A stretch of DNA of 64,000 bases from Escherichia coli 042. Its GTDB lineage: Bacteria > Pseudomonadota > Gammaproteobacteria > Enterobacterales > Enterobacteriaceae. Where the stretch lies: assembly GCF_000027125.1 (NCBI RefSeq), contig NC_017626.1, one strand, 5' to 3'. The notes below the pieces were generated by a model that was given only the letters and a program-made list of their open reading frames with translations, ran no database searches and had not been told where the DNA came from. Of the stretch, positions 1-11,623 are shown piece by piece; within the stretch, counting starts at the first letter, position 1; each line of letters opens with the position of its first letter. A program made the translations under genes and the position numbers.

Positions 1-339
1 GACACATGTCTGAAAGACATTTTTACGATGATACAAAGCAATAATACTTATATGTTCGATGATTTTAAGCACCGATACCATCCGGTCTTTTACCAAATAA
101 TGAAAAAGAATCCCTCCCTGGAAGATAATTGTAAAAAACAACAGAATAAGAATTAATCTTAGGATAAATATTTATTTACCATGGCCTTTTGAACGCTGAA
201 AAGTAGCGCTCTGCAAAGTAAATCCCGCTATAGTTATGCTATGCATTTGTCTTTAATGATATCTCGTCATTGTATTAACAGGCTGAAATTATCATTAATG
301 CACATTTCAATATTAGCAGGGATACCTGAGGAGTTTAAA

Positions 340-1392
340 GTGAACATATATATCGGGTGGCTTTTCAAATTAATCCCTTTAATTATGGGCTTAATTTGTA
401 TCGCGTTAGGTGGCTTTGTGCTGGAAAGTTCTGGGCAAAGTGAGTATTTCGTCGCGGGTCATGTGCTGATTTCTCTGGCAGCCATATGCCTGGCATTATT
501 CACTACCGCATTTATTATCATTTCGCAGCTCACGCGCGGCGTTAATACGTTTTACAATACATTGTTCCCCATTATTGGCTATGCGGGGTCAATTATCACC
601 ATGATATGGGGTTGGGCACTGTTAGCAGGCAATGATGTGATGGCAGACGAGTTTGTTGCCGGCCATGTTATTTTTGGCGTTGGTATGATTGCCGCCTGTG
701 TATCGACAGTGGCAGCGTCATCCGGTCACTTTCTGCTCATTCCCAAAAACGCAGCAGGGAGCAAGAGCGATGGAACACCGGTACAGGCTTATTCTTCATT
801 AATCGGTAATTGCCTCATTGCCGTTCCCGTTTTACTCACCCTGCTCGGTTTCATTTGGTCTATTACGCTGTTACGTAGTGCCGACATAACTCCGCATTAT
901 GTCGCCGGTCACGTATTGCTTGGGTTAACCGCAATCTGTGCCTGTCTAATTGGCCTTGTTGCCACAATTGTCCATCAAACACGTAATACGTTCTCATCCA
1001 AAGAACACTGGCTGTGGTGTTATTGGGTTATTATTCTCGGCTCAATCACGGTGCTGCAGGGCATATACGTGTTAGTCAGCTCCGATGCAAGCGCCCGACT
1101 GGCTCCCGGCATTATCCTCATTTGCCTCGGAATGATCTGTTACAGCATATTCTCAAAAGTCTGGCTACTGGCACTGGTCTGGAGACGTACCTGTTCGTTA
1201 GCCAACAGAATACCGATGATTCCCGTCTTCACCTGCCTGTTTTGCCTTTTCCTGGCATCGTTTCTTGCAGAAATGGCGCAGACCGACATAGGGTATTTTA
1301 TTCCTTCGCGGGTTCTGGTCGGTTTGGGAGCGGTATGCTTTACGTTGTTCTCAATCGTTTCAATATTAGAAGCAGGTTCTGCTAAAAAATAA
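340..1392 (+). CDS. yhiM: Inner membrane protein YhiM (350 aa, GTG start inside the 241..1392 ORF)
   Basis: Multi-TM hydrophobic protein with three internal copies of an (Y/F)VAGHV motif; GTG at 340 preceded by GAGGAG at 328-333; length and position match K-12 YhiM from memory. Confidence 0.75.
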   Translation: MNIYIGWLFKLIPLIMGLICIALGGFVLESSGQSEYFVAGHVLISLAAICLALFTTAFIIISQLTRGVNTFYNTLFPIIGYAGSIITMIWGWALLAGNDVMADEFVAGHVIFGVGMIAACVSTVAASSGHFLLIPKNAAGSKSDGTPVQAYSSLIGNCLIAVPVLLTLLGFIWSITLLRSADITPHYVAGHVLLGLTAICACLIGLVATIVHQTRNTFSSKEHWLWCYWVIILGSITVLQGIYVLVSSDASARLAPGIILICLGMICYSIFSKVWLLALVWRRTCSLANRIPMIPVFTCLFCLFLASFLAEMAQTDIGYFIPSRVLVGLGAVCFTLFSIVSILEAGSAKK

Positions 1393-1706
1393 TTGCAACG
1401 TACCGGATAAAACCAGCGTTGACCATTTGCGTAACGCTGGTTTTTCTCAGGTATCATGAAATAACGCAGAATTAATGCATAGTGGTTAAGTATAAAAAAA
1501 CAGCAAAGTTGCTGATTTTTTCAACCTGTTCATATTTTATAAAGATCTGGCCACTGGGGGAGTTTTAATCACCTTTCCTTCCACCTTATATTAAGCATGG
1601 AGGGTTTCAGTTCACAGGCTCATTAGAAAATAATCACAAGATAACCACTATCAAAATTAGCTCATTTTTAATGCGACTCTAATAATTTTCATCTTTAGGA
1701 AATAGC

Positions 1707-2909
1707 TCAGGACGACTTCGCTGCAATCAAATCCTGCGCACAAGCCCATGCACTCGACCACGCCCACTGGAAGTTATAGCCCCCCAGCCAGCCGGTGACG
1801 TCCATCACTTCGCCGATGAAGTACAGCCCAGGCACTTTGCGCGCTTCCATCGTCCGTGAAGAGAGTTCGTTGGTGTCCACGCCGCCGAGCGTCACTTCGG
1901 CAGTGCGATAGCCTTCAGTGCCGTTGGGTTGTACGCGCCAGTCGGTCAATGTGCTAATCAGTGCCTGTTGGTCACGCACGTTGAGCTGTTTTAGCGAGAC
2001 ATCCGGGATTTGCCCGAGTTGTTGTAAACGTTCAACCAACCGCTTCGGTAGATGAACCGCCAGAGTGTTTTTCAGGCTCTGATTCGGATGTGCATTACGC
2101 TGCTCATTCAGGAAGGTTTCGAGGTCCACATCCGGTAGCAGATTGATACTGACAAATTCACCCGGTTGCCAGTAGCTGGAAATTTGCAACACCGCCGGTC
2201 CAGATAAGCCGCGGTGGGTGAAGAGTAAGTTCTCACGGAAAACGGTGCCGTTTTCAGCGGTAATCACGGAAGGCACCGCCACGCCCGCCAGCACCTGTAA
2301 CTCTTCGAGCAACGGTTTATGCAGAGTGAATGGCACCAGGCCCGCGCGGGTCGGCAGCACGTTGAGGCCAAATTGTTCGGCAATCTTATAACCAAACGGC
2401 GACGCGCCCAGCCCCGGCATTGACAGTCCACCGGTCGCGATGACCAGCTTTTCGCAACCGACAGTCATGCCGTTCAGTTCAAGCGTGAAGCCTGTTTCAT
2501 CCTTCGCCACACTCAGCACTTCGCTACGCAATCTGAAGGCCACATTGCCCTTCTCGCACTCATCCACCAGCATGTCGACAATCTGCTGCGCGGAGTCATC
2601 GCAGAAGAGTTGCCCTAACGTTTTCTCGTGCCAGGCGATGCCGTGTTTATTGACCAGATCAATGAAATCCCACTGGGTAAAACGCGCGAGTGCAGACTTA
2701 CAAAAATGCGGATTCTGGCTCAGATAAGCGCCCGGTTCGACATAAAGGTTGGTAAAGTTGCAGCGCCCACCGCCAGACATGAGGATTTTGCGCCCTGGTT
2801 TTTTACCATTATCGATCAGCAGAACCCGGCATCCTGCCTGACCTGCCAGCGCAGAACAGAACATACCTGCCGCACCAGCGCCTATAATAATGGCATCAAA
2901 CCTTTCCAC
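1707..2909 (-). CDS. yhiN: FAD-dependent oxidoreductase YhiN (400 aa)
   Basis: N-terminal dinucleotide-binding motif IIGAGAAGMF; full-length ORF; convergent with yhiM as in K-12. Confidence 0.85.
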   Translation of the reverse strand: MERFDAIIIGAGAAGMFCSALAGQAGCRVLLIDNGKKPGRKILMSGGGRCNFTNLYVEPGAYLSQNPHFCKSALARFTQWDFIDLVNKHGIAWHEKTLGQLFCDDSAQQIVDMLVDECEKGNVAFRLRSEVLSVAKDETGFTLELNGMTVGCEKLVIATGGLSMPGLGASPFGYKIAEQFGLNVLPTRAGLVPFTLHKPLLEELQVLAGVAVPSVITAENGTVFRENLLFTHRGLSGPAVLQISSYWQPGEFVSINLLPDVDLETFLNEQRNAHPNQSLKNTLAVHLPKRLVERLQQLGQIPDVSLKQLNVRDQQALISTLTDWRVQPNGTEGYRTAEVTLGGVDTNELSSRTMEARKVPGLYFIGEVMDVTGWLGGYNFQWAWSSAWACAQDLIAAKSS

Positions 2910-3140
2910 GTTGCGCTCCTCTAAGAAAAAACGGGCGTGAATTGTAAAGATTCCTCAGTGGTCGCACCAGCATCAATATTACTAAAAGGAAGTATTTACC
3001 TGAATTATATAAGATAATTATTTTTTGAGTGAAATCCATACAGGAGGCAAATCAAAAAAAGTCTATATTTCACTTTGCCCGCGCCGCGAAAGTCACTGAT
3101 AATGCGCCGCGTTCATGTCCTCAAAATGGCGTAACGTCCT

Positions 3141-4640
3141 ATGCTACATTTGTTTGCTGGCCTGGATTTGCATACCGGGCTGTTATTATTGCTTGCACTG
3201 GCTTTTGTGCTGTTCTACGAAGCCATCAATGGTTTCCATGACACAGCCAACGCCGTGGCAACCGTTATCTATACCCGCGCGATGCGTTCTCAGCTCGCCG
3301 TGGTTATGGCGGCGGTGTTCAACTTTTTGGGTGTTTTGCTGGGTGGTCTGAGTGTTGCCTATGCCATTGTGCATATGCTGCCGACGGATCTGCTGCTTAA
3401 TATGGGATCGTCTCATGGCCTTGCCATGGTGTTCTCTATGTTGCTGGCGGCGATTATCTGGAACCTGGGTACCTGGTACTTTGGTTTACCTGCATCCAGC
3501 TCTCATACGCTGATTGGCGCGATCATCGGGATTGGTTTAACCAATGCGTTGATGACCGGGACGTCAGTGGTGGATGCACTCAATATCCCGAAAGTATTAA
3601 GTATTTTCGGTTCTCTGATCGTTTCCCCTATTGTCGGCCTGGTGTTTGCTGGCGGTCTGATTTTCTTGCTGCGTCGCTACTGGAGCGGCACCAAGAAACG
3701 CGCCCGTATCCACCTGACCCCAGCGGAGCGTGAAAAGAAAGACGGCAAGAAAAAGCCGCCGTTCTGGACGCGTATTGCGCTGATCCTTTCCGCTATCGGC
3801 GTGGCGTTTTCGCACGGCGCGAACGATGGTCAGAAAGGCATTGGTCTGGTTATGTTGGTATTGATTGGTGTCGCACCAGCAGGCTTCGTGGTGAACATGA
3901 ATGCCACTGGCTACGAAATCACCCGTACCCGTGATGCCATCAACAACGTGGAAGCTTACTTTGAGCAGCACCCTGCGCTGCTGAAACAGGCTACCGGTGC
4001 TGATCAGTTAGTACCGGCTCCGGAAGCTGGCGCAACGCAACCTGCGGAGTTCCATTGCCATCCGTCGAATACCATTAACGCGCTCAACCGCCTGAAAGGC
4101 ATGTTGACTACCGATGTGGAAAGCTACGACAAGCTGTCGCTTGATCAACGTAGCCAGATGCGCCGCATTATGCTGTGCGTTTCTGACACTATCGACAAAG
4201 TGGTGAAGATGCCTGGTGTGAGTGCTGACGATCAGCGCCTGTTGAAGAAACTGAAGTCCGACATGCTTAGCACCATCGAGTATGCACCGGTGTGGATCAT
4301 CATGGCGGTCGCGCTGGCGTTAGGTATCGGTACGATGATTGGCTGGCGTCGTGTGGCAACGACTATCGGTGAGAAAATCGGTAAGAAAGGCATGACCTAC
4401 GCTCAGGGGATGTCTGCCCAGATGACGGCGGCAGTGTCCATCGGCCTGGCGAGTTATACCGGGATGCCGGTTTCCACCACTCACGTACTCTCCTCTTCTG
4501 TCGCGGGGACGATGGTGGTAGATGGCGGCGGCTTACAGCGTAAAACCGTGACCAGTATTCTGATGGCCTGGGTGTTTACCCTTCCGGCTGCGGTACTGCT
4601 TTCCGGCGGGCTGTACTGGCTCTCCTTGCAGTTCCTGTAA
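3141..4640 (+). CDS. pitA: Low-affinity inorganic phosphate transporter PitA (499 aa)
   Basis: Polytopic membrane protein, PiT family, with a charged central loop; length matches PitA. Confidence 0.9.
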
Positions 4641-4658
4641 TCGCACGCACCAAAACGA

Positions 4659-4688
4659 GCGGGTCAGTTTACTGGCCCGCTTTTTTTA
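4659..4688. terminator. Probable bidirectional rho-independent terminator between pitA and uspB
   Basis: GC-rich hairpin agcgggtcagtttactggcccgct followed by a T7 run, 19 nt after the pitA stop. Confidence 0.6.
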
Positions 4689-4710
4689 TGCGTTATTTTT
4701 GCTGAAGTGC

Positions 4711-5046
4711 TTAATGCCAAATCATCAATGCAATCAGACTGACCACCACCAGACCACACAATGCGCTGGTCAGAATAAACTGCCGACGCACCCGCTCACA
4801 GCGGCGAATAAACTCATCATCGTGATGATCGCGATAACGTTGGGCATAGATATACCAAACGAGACGCACCTGTTTGTTGGGTTGGCCATGTGAGGTAAAA
4901 AAGCCCCCTCCATCAACATATTGATAGAGCAATGGATCGCAGTTACGCAGTACCACTAACAACGCGCGTAGTGATGAGAAATAGCGCGCCATGTTAACAA
5001 TGCAAACGACACATAAAGCCCAAAATAATGCGACGGTGCTTATCAT
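4711..5046 (-). CDS. uspB: Universal stress protein B (111 aa, membrane)
   Basis: Small two-TM protein of the expected length, divergent from uspA. Confidence 0.85.
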
Positions 5047-5273
5047 ACCTCCTCCCCGGCGACCTGCCCGCGGAGTTCCACCCCGGGGCTACCGCTCCCG
5101 ATACGCTGCCAATCAGTTAACACCAGGTCCTGGAGAAACCGCTTTTGTGGTGACCAACATCCGAGCGGCTCTATAGATAGTGTAGGAGATCAGGTTGTTT
5201 TTTTTCCAGAAGGTTAACCACTATCAATATATTCATGTCGAAAATTTGTTTATCTAACGGGTAAGCAAGGCGG

Positions 5274-5301
5274 ATTGACGGATCATCCGGGTCGCTATAA
5301 G
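5274..5301 (+). promoter_or_regulatory. Candidate sigma-70 promoter of uspA (-35 ATTGAC / TTGACG, -10 TATAAG)
   Basis: Hexamers at 5274-5280 and 5296-5301 with a 15-16 bp spacer, about 135 bp upstream of the uspA ATG. Confidence 0.5.
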
Positions 5302-5436
5302 GTAAGGATGGTCTTAACACTGAATCTTTACGGCTGGGTTAGCCCCGCGCACGTAGTTCGCAGGACGCGGGTGACGTAACGGCACAAGAAACGCTAGCTG
5401 GCCAGTCATCGACAACTTTATGGAAGGAGTAACACT

Positions 5437-5871
5437 ATGGCTTATAAACACATTCTCATCGCGGTCGATCTCTCCCCGGAAAGCAAAGTTCTGGTAGAGA
5501 AAGCAGTCTCTATGGCTCGCCCCTACAATGCGAAAGTTTCTCTGATCCACGTAGATGTAAACTACTCTGACCTATACACCGGGCTTATTGATGTGAATCT
5601 GGGTGATATGCAGAAACGCATCTCTGAAGAGACACATCATGCGCTGACCGAGCTTTCCACTAATGCAGGCTACCCAATCACTGAAACCCTGAGCGGCAGC
5701 GGCGACCTGGGCCAGGTTCTGGTCGATGCAATCAAGAAATACGATATGGATTTGGTGGTTTGTGGTCACCACCAGGACTTCTGGAGCAAACTGATGTCTT
5801 CCGCACGTCAGCTGATCAACACCGTTCACGTTGATATGCTGATTGTTCCGCTGCGCGACGAAGAAGAATAA
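5437..5871 (+). CDS. uspA: Universal stress protein A (144 aa)
   Basis: Usp-family sequence [17 protein letters not shown]; RBS GGAGTAAC upstream; length matches UspA. Confidence 0.9.
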
Positions 5872-5897
5872 TCTTCCCTCTACGACGTGTTCCTGAA

Positions 5898-5926
5898 CGC
5901 CCGCATATGCGGGCGTATTGCTTTTT
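5898..5926 (+). terminator. Rho-independent terminator after uspA
   Basis: Perfect hairpin cgcccgcatatgcgggcg followed by tattgcttttt. Confidence 0.6.
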
Positions 5927-6186
5927 GGCGCGCCTTGTTAACTTGCAGCGTAAACACCTTATCTGGCCTACGGTCTGCGTACGCAATCAAAATCCCCTGC
6001 CAATACAACATTTAACACCATCATATTTTCCATCATTAGTGTGATCAGCTGGTTATTTTCTGTTGTAATAGTGTATTAATCTATTCACCGCATCAATATT
6101 AAGAATCTCTGACAGATGTAAACTTTTTCGCGCGTTATCCCTTACGCGTTCATACTTTTCAGGATGGTATTGGAAGGTTAATAAAT

Positions 6187-7656
6187 ATGAATACAACAAC
6201 ACCCATGGGGATGCTGCAGCAACCTCGCCCATTTTTCATGATCTTTTTTGTCGAGTTATGGGAGCGATTCGGCTACTACGGCGTGCAGGGCGTACTGGCG
6301 GTTTTCTTCGTTAAGCAGCTTGGATTCTCGCAAGAACAGGCTTTTGTCACTTTTGGTGCTTTTGCTGCGCTGGTCTATGGCCTCATTTCCATTGGCGGCT
6401 ATGTCGGCGACCACCTGCTGGGGACCAAACGCACCATTGTTCTCGGAGCACTTGTGCTGGCGATTGGCTACTTCATGACCGGCATGTCGCTACTTAAGCC
6501 TGACCTGATTTTCATCGCCCTGGGGACTATCGCTGTCGGTAACGGCCTGTTTAAAGCTAACCCAGCCAGCTTGCTTTCGAAGTGCTATCCACCGAAAGAT
6601 CCGCGGCTTGATGGCGCATTCACCCTGTTCTATATGTCGATCAACATCGGCTCGTTGATAGCGTTATCGCTGGCCCCTGTGATCGCTGATAGATTCGGCT
6701 ATTCAGTCACCTACAACCTGTGCGGTGCGGGATTAATTATCGCGCTATTGGTTTACATCGCCTGTCGCGGAATGGTGAAAGACATTGGTTCTGACCCCGA
6801 CTTCCGGCCGATGAGCTTCAGCAAACTGTTGTACGTGTTACTTGGCAGCGTGGTGATGATCTTCGTCTGTGCATGGCTGATGCACAACGTAGAAGTCGCC
6901 AATCTGGTGCTGATTGTTCTCTCCATCGTCGTCACCATCATTTTCTTTCGTCAGGCATTCAAGCTGGATAAAACCGGGCGCAATAAAATGTTTGTCGCCT
7001 TTGTCCTGATGCTCGAAGCGGTGGTGTTTTACATTCTCTACGCCCAGATGCCAACGTCACTGAACTTCTTTGCCATCAACAACGTGCATCATGAAATTCT
7101 CGGCTTTTCCATCAACCCGGTCAGCTTCCAGGCGCTTAACCCTTTCTGGGTGGTACTCGCCAGTCCAATACTGGCAGGCATTTACACGCATCTGGGTAAC
7201 AAAGGCAAAGACCTCTCGATGCCGATGAAATTTACTCTCGGCATGTTTATGTGCTCGCTGGGCTTTCTTACAGCCGCCGCTGCGGGAATGTGGTTTGCTG
7301 ATGCACAAGGACTGACATCGCCGTGGTTTATTGTGCTGGTTTACTTATTCCAGAGCCTGGGTGAACTGTTTATTAGCGCCCTTGGCCTGGCGATGATTGC
7401 TGCCCTGGTGCCGCAGCATTTGATGGGCTTTATTCTCGGGATGTGGTTCCTGACGCAGGCTGCCGCGTTCTTGCTGGGCGGCTATGTGGCAACATTTACC
7501 GCAGTACCAGACAACATTACCGATCCGCTTGAGACGTTGCCCGTCTATACCAACGTGTTTGGTAAGATTGGCCTGGTTACGCTGGGCGTTGCGGTGGTGA
7601 TGCTGCTGATGGTGCCGTGGCTGAAACGAATGATTGCGACGCCCGAAAGCCATTAA
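6187..7656 (+). CDS. dtpB: Proton-dependent di/tripeptide permease DtpB (POT family, 489 aa)
   Basis: POT/PTR2 N-terminal region [22 protein letters not shown]; about 12-14 TM segments. Confidence 0.9.
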   Translation: MNTTTPMGMLQQPRPFFMIFFVELWERFGYYGVQGVLAVFFVKQLGFSQEQAFVTFGAFAALVYGLISIGGYVGDHLLGTKRTIVLGALVLAIGYFMTGMSLLKPDLIFIALGTIAVGNGLFKANPASLLSKCYPPKDPRLDGAFTLFYMSINIGSLIALSLAPVIADRFGYSVTYNLCGAGLIIALLVYIACRGMVKDIGSDPDFRPMSFSKLLYVLLGSVVMIFVCAWLMHNVEVANLVLIVLSIVVTIIFFRQAFKLDKTGRNKMFVAFVLMLEAVVFYILYAQMPTSLNFFAINNVHHEILGFSINPVSFQALNPFWVVLASPILAGIYTHLGNKGKDLSMPMKFTLGMFMCSLGFLTAAAAGMWFADAQGLTSPWFIVLVYLFQSLGELFISALGLAMIAALVPQHLMGFILGMWFLTQAAAFLLGGYVATFTAVPDNITDPLETLPVYTNVFGKIGLVTLGVAVVMLLMVPWLKRMIATPESH

Positions 7657-7669
7657 TTATTCTTGCAGA

Positions 7670-7706
7670 AAGCAGGGTAGCGATAACGCTACCCTGCTTT
7701 ACTTTT
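7670..7706. terminator. Probable bidirectional terminator between dtpB and rsmJ
   Basis: Hairpin aagcagggtagcgataacgctaccctgctt followed by tactttt; lies between two convergent genes. Confidence 0.55.
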
Positions 7707-8457
7707 ACACCGGCGTTCCGGCATAAATATCAAAGCGATGCCCTTTGGTCACTACCGCGTTTGGCGTGGCGACATTCGCCAGCGGCGGCGCGTAGTCCGG
7801 GCGCTTTACCACCACGCGTTTGGTCGCCAGCAAGCGTGCAGGCTCCAGCAATCCATCAGCGTCGAGATCCGGCCCCACCAGCGACTGGAACACGCGCATC
7901 TCTTTTTTCACCAGCGCGCTTTTCTGCTTATGCGGGAACATCGGGTCGAGATAGACCACCTGCGGGCGTGGGGTAATATCGGTCAGCGCCGTCAGGCTGG
8001 AGGCGTGAATTAACTGCAACCGCTCCTGCAACCAGCCGCCGATTTCCGCATCCGCATAACCACGCGCCAGGCCGTCGTCGAGCAATGCAGCAACCACCGG
8101 ATTACGCTCCAGCATCCGCACGCGGCAGCCGACTGAAGCCAGCACAAAGGCATCGCGCCCCAGCCCTGCGGTGGCGTCCACCACGTCCGGGAGATAATCG
8201 CCTTTAATGCCCACCGCTTTTGCCACCGCCTCACCGCGACCACCGCCGAATTTGCGACGGTGCGCCATCGCTCCGCCAACAAAATCAACAAAGATGCCAC
8301 CAAGCTTCGGCTCATCACGCTTGCGCAGTTCCAGATGCTCCGGTGTTAACACCAGCGCCATCAGGTTGTCTTCATCATGTTCCAGCCCCCAGCGAGCCGC
8401 CAGAACAGATAAGGCACCGTCTCCGGTGCCTGTTTCATCAATTAAGCAGATTTTCAC
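7705..8457 (-). CDS. rsmJ: 16S rRNA m2G1516 methyltransferase RsmJ (250 aa, GTG start)
   Basis: SAM-methyltransferase fold; the 285-aa ORF is trimmed to an internal GTG to give the K-12 length; gene order matches. Confidence 0.75.
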   Translation of the reverse strand: MKICLIDETGTGDGALSVLAARWGLEHDEDNLMALVLTPEHLELRKRDEPKLGGIFVDFVGGAMAHRRKFGGGRGEAVAKAVGIKGDYLPDVVDATAGLGRDAFVLASVGCRVRMLERNPVVAALLDDGLARGYADAEIGGWLQERLQLIHASSLTALTDITPRPQVVYLDPMFPHKQKSALVKKEMRVFQSLVGPDLDADGLLEPARLLATKRVVVKRPDYAPPLANVATPNAVVTKGHRFDIYAGTPV

Positions 8458-8464
8458 TGAATGA

Positions 8465-10507
8465 TCAGCCCTTAATGCCGTAATGCTCCAGCATCGCATC
8501 CAGTTGCGGTTCACGACCACGGAAGCGTTTGAACAGATCCATCGGCTCTTCTGAACCGCCACGGCTCAGAATGTTGTCGAGGAACGACTGTCCGGTTTCA
8601 CGATTGAAAATGCCCTCTTCCTCAAAACGCGAGAAGGCATCTGCCGCCAGCACGTCGGCCCACAGGTAACTGTAGTAACCTGCGGCATAACCACCGGCGA
8701 AAATATGGCTGAAAGCGTGCGGGAAACGGCCCCATGACGGAGAAGGTACCACGGCAACCAGTTTCTTGATTTCTGCCAGAGTTTCGAGGATTTTCGCTCC
8801 CTGATCCGGGCGGAACTCGGCATGGAGGCGGAAATCGAACAGGCCGAACTCCAGCTGGCGCAGAATAAACAGTGCCGCCTGGTAGTTTTTCGCTGCCAGC
8901 ATTTTATCCAGCAGCTCCTTCGGCAGCGGTTCGCCGGTTTCATAGTGACCGGAGATAAACGCCAGCGCCTCAGGCTCCCAGCACCAGTTTTCCATAAACT
9001 GACTCGGCAGTTCGACCGCATCCCACGGCACCCCGCTGATCCCGGAAACACCAGCGGTTTCAATGCGGGTCAGCATATGGTGCAGACCATGACCGAACTC
9101 GTGGAACAGGGTGATCACTTCGTCGTGAGTAAACAGTGCCGGTTTACCATTTACCGGGCGGTTGAAGTTACAGGTCAGATACGCGACCGGTTTTTGCAGC
9201 GAACCGTCGGCTTTACGCATCTGGCCTACGCAGTCATCCATCCACGCCCCGCCGCGCTTGTTTTCACGGGCATACAGGTCGAGGTAGAAGCTGCCGCGCA
9301 GTTCGTTGTTCTCGTCATACAGTTCGAAGAAACGTACATCCGGATGCCAGACATCAACATCTTTACGCTCTTTAGCGGTGATGCCGTAAATACGTTTCAC
9401 CACTTCAAACAAGCCGTTAACCGCTTTGTTTTCCGGGAAGTACGGACGCAGTTGTTCGTCACTGATGCTGTAGAGGTGCTGTTTTTGTTTTTCACTGTAG
9501 TACGCGATATCCCACGGCTGCAACTCATCCACGCCAAATTCGGCTTTAGCGAAGGCACGCAGTTGCGCCAGCTCTTTTTCACCTTGCGGACGCGCGCGTT
9601 TTGCCAGATCGGTTAAGAAATCAAGCACCTGCTGCGGATTTTCTGCCATTTTAGTGGCAAGGGATTTAAAGGCGTAGTTTTCAAAACCCAGCAGTTGCGC
9701 CAGTTCGTGACGCAGCGCGAGGATCTCTTCCATCACCTTGCTGTTGTCCCACTTACCGGCGTTCGGACCTTGATCGGAGGCGCGGGTGCTGTAAGCACGA
9801 TACATCTCTTCGCGCAGAGCCTGGTTGTCGCAGTAGGTCATTACCGGCAGGTAGCTTGGGATATCCAGCGTCAGCAGGTAGCCTTCAAGTTCTTTCGCTT
9901 CAGCCTGGGCTTTTGCCGCAGCCAGCGCGCTTTCTGGCATCCCCGCCAGCTCCGCTTCGTCGGTAACGAGTTTGGTCCAGCCCATTGTCGCATCGAGGAC
10001 GTTGTTGCTGTACTGGTTGCCCAGCTCGGAAAGACGAGTGGCAATCTCACCGTAACGCTGCTGTTTCTCTTTTGGCAGACCGATGCCAGAGAGTTCGAAG
10101 TCGCGCAGTGCGTTATCAACCGCTTTCTTCTGCGCCGTGTTCAGCGTGGCGTAATGATCGCCATCGCGCAGGTCGCGATATGCTTTATACAGCCCTTCAT
10201 GTTGTCCTACCCAGGTGCTGTATTCTGACAGCAGCGGCAGGGTTTGTTCGTACGCTTCACGCAGTTCCGGACTATTTTTCACCGAGTTCAGATGGCTGAC
10301 CGGGGAGAAGATACGCCCCAGCACATCGTCCACTTCCGCCAGCGGCTGGCAGAGATTTTCCCAGGTGTACGGTGCCCCCTGCGCTACTACGCGCTCCACA
10401 TTTTCGCGGCAGTCGTTCAGCGCCTTAGTCACGGCTGGAACGACATGTTCCGGGAGAATTTTAGAAAACGGAGGCAATTCAAAGGGAGTCAGTAACGGAT
10501 TCGTCAT
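8465..10507 (-). CDS. prlC: Oligopeptidase A (M3 family zinc metallopeptidase, 680 aa)
   Basis: HEXXH zinc motif (HEFGHGLHH); start set at [14 protein letters not shown] inside the 693-aa ORF. Confidence 0.9.
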   Translation of the reverse strand: MTNPLLTPFELPPFSKILPEHVVPAVTKALNDCRENVERVVAQGAPYTWENLCQPLAEVDDVLGRIFSPVSHLNSVKNSPELREAYEQTLPLLSEYSTWVGQHEGLYKAYRDLRDGDHYATLNTAQKKAVDNALRDFELSGIGLPKEKQQRYGEIATRLSELGNQYSNNVLDATMGWTKLVTDEAELAGMPESALAAAKAQAEAKELEGYLLTLDIPSYLPVMTYCDNQALREEMYRAYSTRASDQGPNAGKWDNSKVMEEILALRHELAQLLGFENYAFKSLATKMAENPQQVLDFLTDLAKRARPQGEKELAQLRAFAKAEFGVDELQPWDIAYYSEKQKQHLYSISDEQLRPYFPENKAVNGLFEVVKRIYGITAKERKDVDVWHPDVRFFELYDENNELRGSFYLDLYARENKRGGAWMDDCVGQMRKADGSLQKPVAYLTCNFNRPVNGKPALFTHDEVITLFHEFGHGLHHMLTRIETAGVSGISGVPWDAVELPSQFMENWCWEPEALAFISGHYETGEPLPKELLDKMLAAKNYQAALFILRQLEFGLFDFRLHAEFRPDQGAKILETLAEIKKLVAVVPSPSWGRFPHAFSHIFAGGYAAGYYSYLWADVLAADAFSRFEEEGIFNRETGQSFLDNILSRGGSEEPMDLFKRFRGREPQLDAMLEHYGIKG

Positions 10508-10709
10508 TAGCGCAGTCCTGGTTAAAGAGGTTAAGGAAGCGCTCAACAGGCGCTTTACATAATGTTTGTAGCATGGGGTTAAGTGTAGTGAATTTCAATG
10601 AGAAACGTTACGCTTTCGCGGCGGCGGCCTCTTTTCGGTATACTGTCCTGATAGGCTTTTGTGCGCCCCGAATACGGGCCGATTTTTACTTACCGGAACA
10701 CCTTTACCC

Positions 10710-11552
10710 ATGCTCAGTTATCGCCACAGCTTTCACGCTGGCAACCACGCCGACGTCCTTAAACATACCGTTCAGAGCCTGATCATCGAGTCGCTGAAAG
10801 AGAAAGATAAACCGTTTCTCTATCTCGATACCCACGCAGGGGCCGGGCGTTATCAGTTAGGCAGCGAACATGCCGAGCGTACCGGCGAATATCTCGAAGG
10901 CATCGCCCGTATCTGGCAGCAAGACGATTTGCCTGCAGAGCTGGAGGCGTACATCAATGTGGTAAAACACTTTAACCGTAGCGGTCAGTTGCGTTACTAC
11001 CCCGGTTCACCGTTGATTGCCCGTCAGTTACTGCGTGAACAGGACAGCCTGCAACTAACCGAACTGCACCCGAGCGATTACCCGTTGCTACGTTCTGAAT
11101 TTCAGAAAGACAGCCGTGCGCGCGTGGAAAAAGCCGACGGTTTCCAGCAGCTTAAGGCCAAGCTGCCGCCGGTTTCCCGCCGTGGTTTAATCCTTATCGA
11201 CCCGCCGTATGAAATGAAAACCGACTATCAGGCGGTGGTCAGCGGGATAGCAGAAGGTTACAAACGTTTCGCCACTGGCACTTACGCACTGTGGTATCCG
11301 GTGGTGCTGCGCCAGCAAATTAAGCGCATGATCCACGACCTGGAAGCGACCGGCATTCGCAAAATTCTGCAAATTGAACTGGCGGTACTGCCAGACAGCG
11401 ATCGCCGTGGCATGACCGCTTCCGGCATGATTGTGATTAATCCGCCGTGGAAGCTGGAACAGCAGATGAATAACGTGCTGCCGTGGCTGCACAGCAAACT
11501 GGTTCCGGCTGGTACCGGGCACGCCACCGTAAGCTGGATCGTGCCGGAGTAA
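10710..11552 (+). CDS. rlmJ: 23S rRNA m6A2030 methyltransferase RlmJ (280 aa)
   Basis: Start set at MLSYRHSFHAGNHADVLKH inside the 297-aa ORF; catalytic DPPY motif present (LILIDPPYEMK). Confidence 0.8.
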   Translation: MLSYRHSFHAGNHADVLKHTVQSLIIESLKEKDKPFLYLDTHAGAGRYQLGSEHAERTGEYLEGIARIWQQDDLPAELEAYINVVKHFNRSGQLRYYPGSPLIARQLLREQDSLQLTELHPSDYPLLRSEFQKDSRARVEKADGFQQLKAKLPPVSRRGLILIDPPYEMKTDYQAVVSGIAEGYKRFATGTYALWYPVVLRQQIKRMIHDLEATGIRKILQIELAVLPDSDRRGMTASGMIVINPPWKLEQQMNNVLPWLHSKLVPAGTGHATVSWIVPE

Positions 11553-11623
11553 TTGCAGCCATTGCTGGCACCTATTACGTCTCGCGCTACAATCGCGGTA
11601 ATCAACGATAAGGACACTCTGTC

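Noticed and set aside
8822-9616. 264-aa plus-strand ORF antisense to prlC (and similar ORFs at 9695..10228 and 10215..10562)
   Set aside because: Shadow ORFs inside prlC with low-complexity, Arg/Gln-rich translations.
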